From an uncultured Phycisphaerales bacterium (GTDB lineage: Bacteria; Planctomycetota; Phycisphaerae; Tepidisphaerales; Tepidisphaeraceae): a stretch of 64,000 nucleotides of DNA. The translations under genes were made by a program, and so were the position numbers. Positions 61,762 through 64,000 of this stretch are shown piece after piece. Below the pieces are notes generated by a model that saw only the letters and a list, made by a program, of their open reading frames with translations, was not told where the DNA came from and searched no databases. Position 1 is the stretch's first letter, and every line of letters begins with the position of its first letter. The stretch lies in the NCBI GenBank assembly GCA_963755915.1, contig CAVWLP010000002.1, forward strand, positions 512,001 through 576,000. Reading direction: 5' to 3'.

Positions 61762-62673
61762 ATGAACGAATCGTTACGAACCGCCCTGACCCGCCTTCGG
61801 CTTTCGGGCTTGGCCTCCACCTTGGACGTGCGCTTGCAGGAAGCCGCCGGCCATCAGCTTTCCCACGGCGAGTTTTTGGAACTGGTGCTTCAGGATGAAT
61901 TGCTCATTCGCAATGAACGCCTGATCGCCCGGCGCGTCAAGATCGCGGGCTTTCGGGAACTCAAGACCCTCGACGAGTTCGACTTTTCCTTCAACTCGTC
62001 GGTCAAACGCAAGCAGATCTTCGAGCTGGCAACCGGCCGGTTCATCCGCGAGGCGCGGGATGTCTTGCTGATCGGGCCGCCGGGTCTGGGAAAAAGTCAC
62101 ATCGCCCAGGCACTGGGATACCAAGCCATCAAGAACGGATCGGTCGTGCTTTACCGCTCGATCTTCGACGTGGTGCGCGACTTCCTGCACGATGAGGCCC
62201 TCAACCAGCAGGACAAAATCATGGAGCGGTATCTCCGGCCCGATCTGCTCATCATCGACGATATGGGCATGAAGCAATTGCCCAAACGCTCCGGCGAATA
62301 TCTCTTCGAGATCATCATGCGGCGTTACCAGGTTCGCTCCACCATGATGACCAGCAACCGGCCGCTCGAAGACTGGGGCAAATTGATCGGCGACGTACCG
62401 GCCGCCACGGCAATCCTCGATCGCTTCCTGCACAACGCCGAGGTGATCGCGATCACCGGCAGAAGCTATCGGTTGCGAGACCGTGCCGCGGAGGCGAAGC
62501 CTACCGCTGAAAGCATCGAATCCACCAAACCGCGAGGACGCCGGAGTACCGGCGGCGATGAAGGGCTTTCCCCTCCGGAAGACACCGATGCCAGAAAGCC
62601 ATTGTCTTCTGGCGTGGGGGTTCAGCCTGCCGAAGCGGCCTCGCCGGTAGTCAACAACTCGGCGTCAATTTGA
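61762..62673 (+). CDS. istB: IS21 helper ATPase
   Basis: GPPGLGKS, LLIIDDMG, TSN, AILDR and GRSYR motifs; AAGGAG RBS. Confidence 0.95.
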   Translation: MNESLRTALTRLRLSGLASTLDVRLQEAAGHQLSHGEFLELVLQDELLIRNERLIARRVKIAGFRELKTLDEFDFSFNSSVKRKQIFELATGRFIREARDVLLIGPPGLGKSHIAQALGYQAIKNGSVVLYRSIFDVVRDFLHDEALNQQDKIMERYLRPDLLIIDDMGMKQLPKRSGEYLFEIIMRRYQVRSTMMTSNRPLEDWGKLIGDVPAATAILDRFLHNAEVIAITGRSYRLRDRAAEAKPTAESIESTKPRGRRSTGGDEGLSPPEDTDARKPLSSGVGVQPAEAASPVVNNSASI

Positions 62674-62774
62674 AATGGGACGGTCGATTGCGATATATCG
62701 GACGTGGTGGCATTTGATCCGATGATCGGTGGTGGCATTTGAAGTGATGACTGACAGGTTTTTGAGCCGATTAC

Positions 62775-62817
62775 GCTCATAACCCGGAGGTCGGAGGTTC
62801 GAATCCTCCCCCCGCTA
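62775..62817 (+). tRNA. 3' half of initiator tRNA-Met(CAT); att core, not a complete tRNA
   Basis: G CTCATAA CCCGG AGGTC GGAGG TTCGAAT CCTCC CCCCGCT A. The 5' half is absent even when IS21 is removed. Confidence 0.85.
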
Positions 62818-62828
62818 TTCCAGATGAC

Positions 62829-62860
62829 AAAGGGACTTGCAGCGATGCGAGTCCCTTTTT
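62829..62860 (+). terminator. Intrinsic terminator after the tRNA fragment
   Basis: AAAGGGACTTGCA-GCGA-TGCGAGTCCCTTTTT. Confidence 0.75.
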
Positions 62861-62881
62861 CTTTGGCCAAAAATGGGCCTG

Positions 62882-62902
62882 CTGCCCCATAAACTGCCCC
62901 AT
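62882..62902. promoter_or_regulatory. Probable integrase arm-type site
   Basis: CTGCCCCAT-AAA-CTGCCCCAT direct repeat just upstream of an integrase relic. Confidence 0.5.
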
Positions 62903-62964
62903 TCGGCCTGGGAAACATGGTACTCGCCAAGGAGTGTTCAACACTTGTTCCTTGGAGGTGGCCA

Positions 62965-63207
62965 GTGGCCTATTTGTTCAAGCGCGGAAGCGTCTATTAC
63001 GTGAAGTTCTACGTCGCCGGAAAGCAGAAGGAGAAATCCCTCGGTACCGGCGTTTTTCAGATCGCAAAGGAAAAGCAGCGGTTGTTCGAGTCGGCGCGGG
63101 CCAGGGGCGAAAGCCTTCCGATGCCGACGCGCACGCCCATCGCGGACAAGCAATGGTGGCCACGCTGATCTTCGCCGGTCTGCGGCGCGAGGAGTTGTTG
63201 TGGCTCA
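62965..63207 (+). pseudogene. Internally deleted tyrosine integrase
   Basis: AYLFKRGSVYYVKFY...KSLGT N-terminus joined directly to MVATLIFAGLRREELLWL (catalytic Arg box), then truncated. Confidence 0.7.
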
Positions 63208-63410
63208 AGCTGTTCCAGCTTGCGCAGCGACACGCGAAGCGCACCGGCGAGCAGTCGCCGCTCCGAGCGGTTCACCATGTTCAGCGTGTGATACGTTTGC
63301 ACGTCGCTGAGCGTTTGCAGCGACACGCCGTACAACTCTGCCAGATCCTTCCAGTTTTCCAATCCCACCACTTCCCTGCGATGGTCGAGCCATTGAATAA
63401 GCCTCGACAT
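63207..63410 (-). pseudogene. Truncated HTH (XRE-like) protein
   Basis: WKDLAELYGVSLQTLSDV; runs into the opposing integrase relic. Confidence 0.4.
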
Positions 63411-63454
63411 CGTTTTTCCTTGTTGGAGAAATCATTTCGTCAACGTCAGCACTC

Positions 63455-64000
63455 CTAACAAGCTCGTCGCGCACCGGACGGACCGGCGGCGATTCGTGGG
63501 CTTCCGATCGTCCGGCTTTTAGACCCTCCACGGCCTGCAGGCCATGATAGACCGTCGGGGAAATCAACTCGTTTCCGACCGCCCAGCGGAATAGATGCTT
63601 GATTCGTCCGATCCGCCGATTGATGCCAGTCCGAGACAATCCCGCATCGATCATATTTTGCCGGACCGCCTTGAGAGCCAGCGGCCCAAAATCCTTCGCC
63701 GGCGTATGGCCGTATAGCCGGCGCAGAGGGCGCATTGCATCGCGGTAGTTGCGAATCTCGTTTGTAGGTGAGCCGTCGACGTGCCGGTAATACGTCTGGG
63801 CGTAATCCCAGAACGCCGCGATCAGTTCGGTGATGGTATGCCCATCAGTTGAAGTTTGTTGCAGACGGCCGTTGGCGAGCCATTCGGCGATGGCCCGGTC
63901 GTAGGCTTTCTTGGCGGTGGCGCTTTGCCATGGACCGAGGTAAACATCACGGCCCATCAGGCGGACGACCGCCTGACCACTGGCCTTGTGGAGAGTCATT
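63455..64000 (-). pseudogene. N-terminal half of a tyrosine integrase; catalytic domain missing
   Basis: LHKASGQAVVRL.GRDVYLG, FGPLALKAVR, INRRIGRIKHLFRWAV and PVRPV, after which similarity stops. The start may lie outside the window. Confidence 0.75.

Larger units (their letters stand above)
59986..62756 (+). mobile_element. IS21-family insertion sequence, apparently intact
   Basis: TG...CA ends, IR TGTCAGGCATCACTT / TGTCAGTCATCACTT, subterminal repeats, 6-bp TSD GGTTTT (59980-59985, 62757-62762) and istAB. Confidence 0.95.
50959..64000. mobile_element. Genomic island integrated at tRNA-Asn; extends past the window
   Basis: att fragment, visible drop in GC and loss of host skew, trbB relic, IS21 and two integrase relics. 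Confidence 0.8.

Noticed and set aside
59940-62817. Intact tRNA-Met disrupted by IS21
   Set aside because: Rejoining the flanks gives ...CTTGCGGTTTTTGAGCCGATTACGCTCATAA, which does not supply a tRNA 5' half.

Overview
High-GC bacterial DNA, most likely Planctomycetota (Phycisphaerae-like). This is inferred from the PVC small basic protein, a DUF1559-type prepilin protein and a PEP-CTERM protein. Bases 1-50,950 are core chromosome: acpS, an RRM protein, a MOSC oxidoreductase, metF, nadA, an Fe3+-type ABC transporter, sucD, a GT-C/Dpm1 glycosylation cluster, waaF, purL and kduD-exuT-kduI. Many of these genes carry single frameshifts that look like long-read indel errors. The intergenic DNA is rich in small repeats: heptamer palindromes, three REP-like families, a 273-bp MITE and a 24-bp micro-element that is precisely inserted into two different host repeats. 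At 50,959-51,000 a 3' fragment of tRNA-Asn marks the edge of a genomic island that runs past the window end. The island holds relics of conjugation and integrase genes, an intact IS21 element with a 6-bp target duplication and a tRNA-fMet att junction. Its main cargo is a lower-GC cassette, the best candidate for an undescribed system. A winged-helix + NUDIX-like regulator is transcribed divergently from a coupled five-gene operon (viperin-like radical SAM, GT-A glycosyltransferase, NodB-like deacetylase, kinase-like protein, membrane GT2). GCGCACC heptamers repeated at a 22-bp period lie between them. All calls come from reading motifs by eye; no database search was run.
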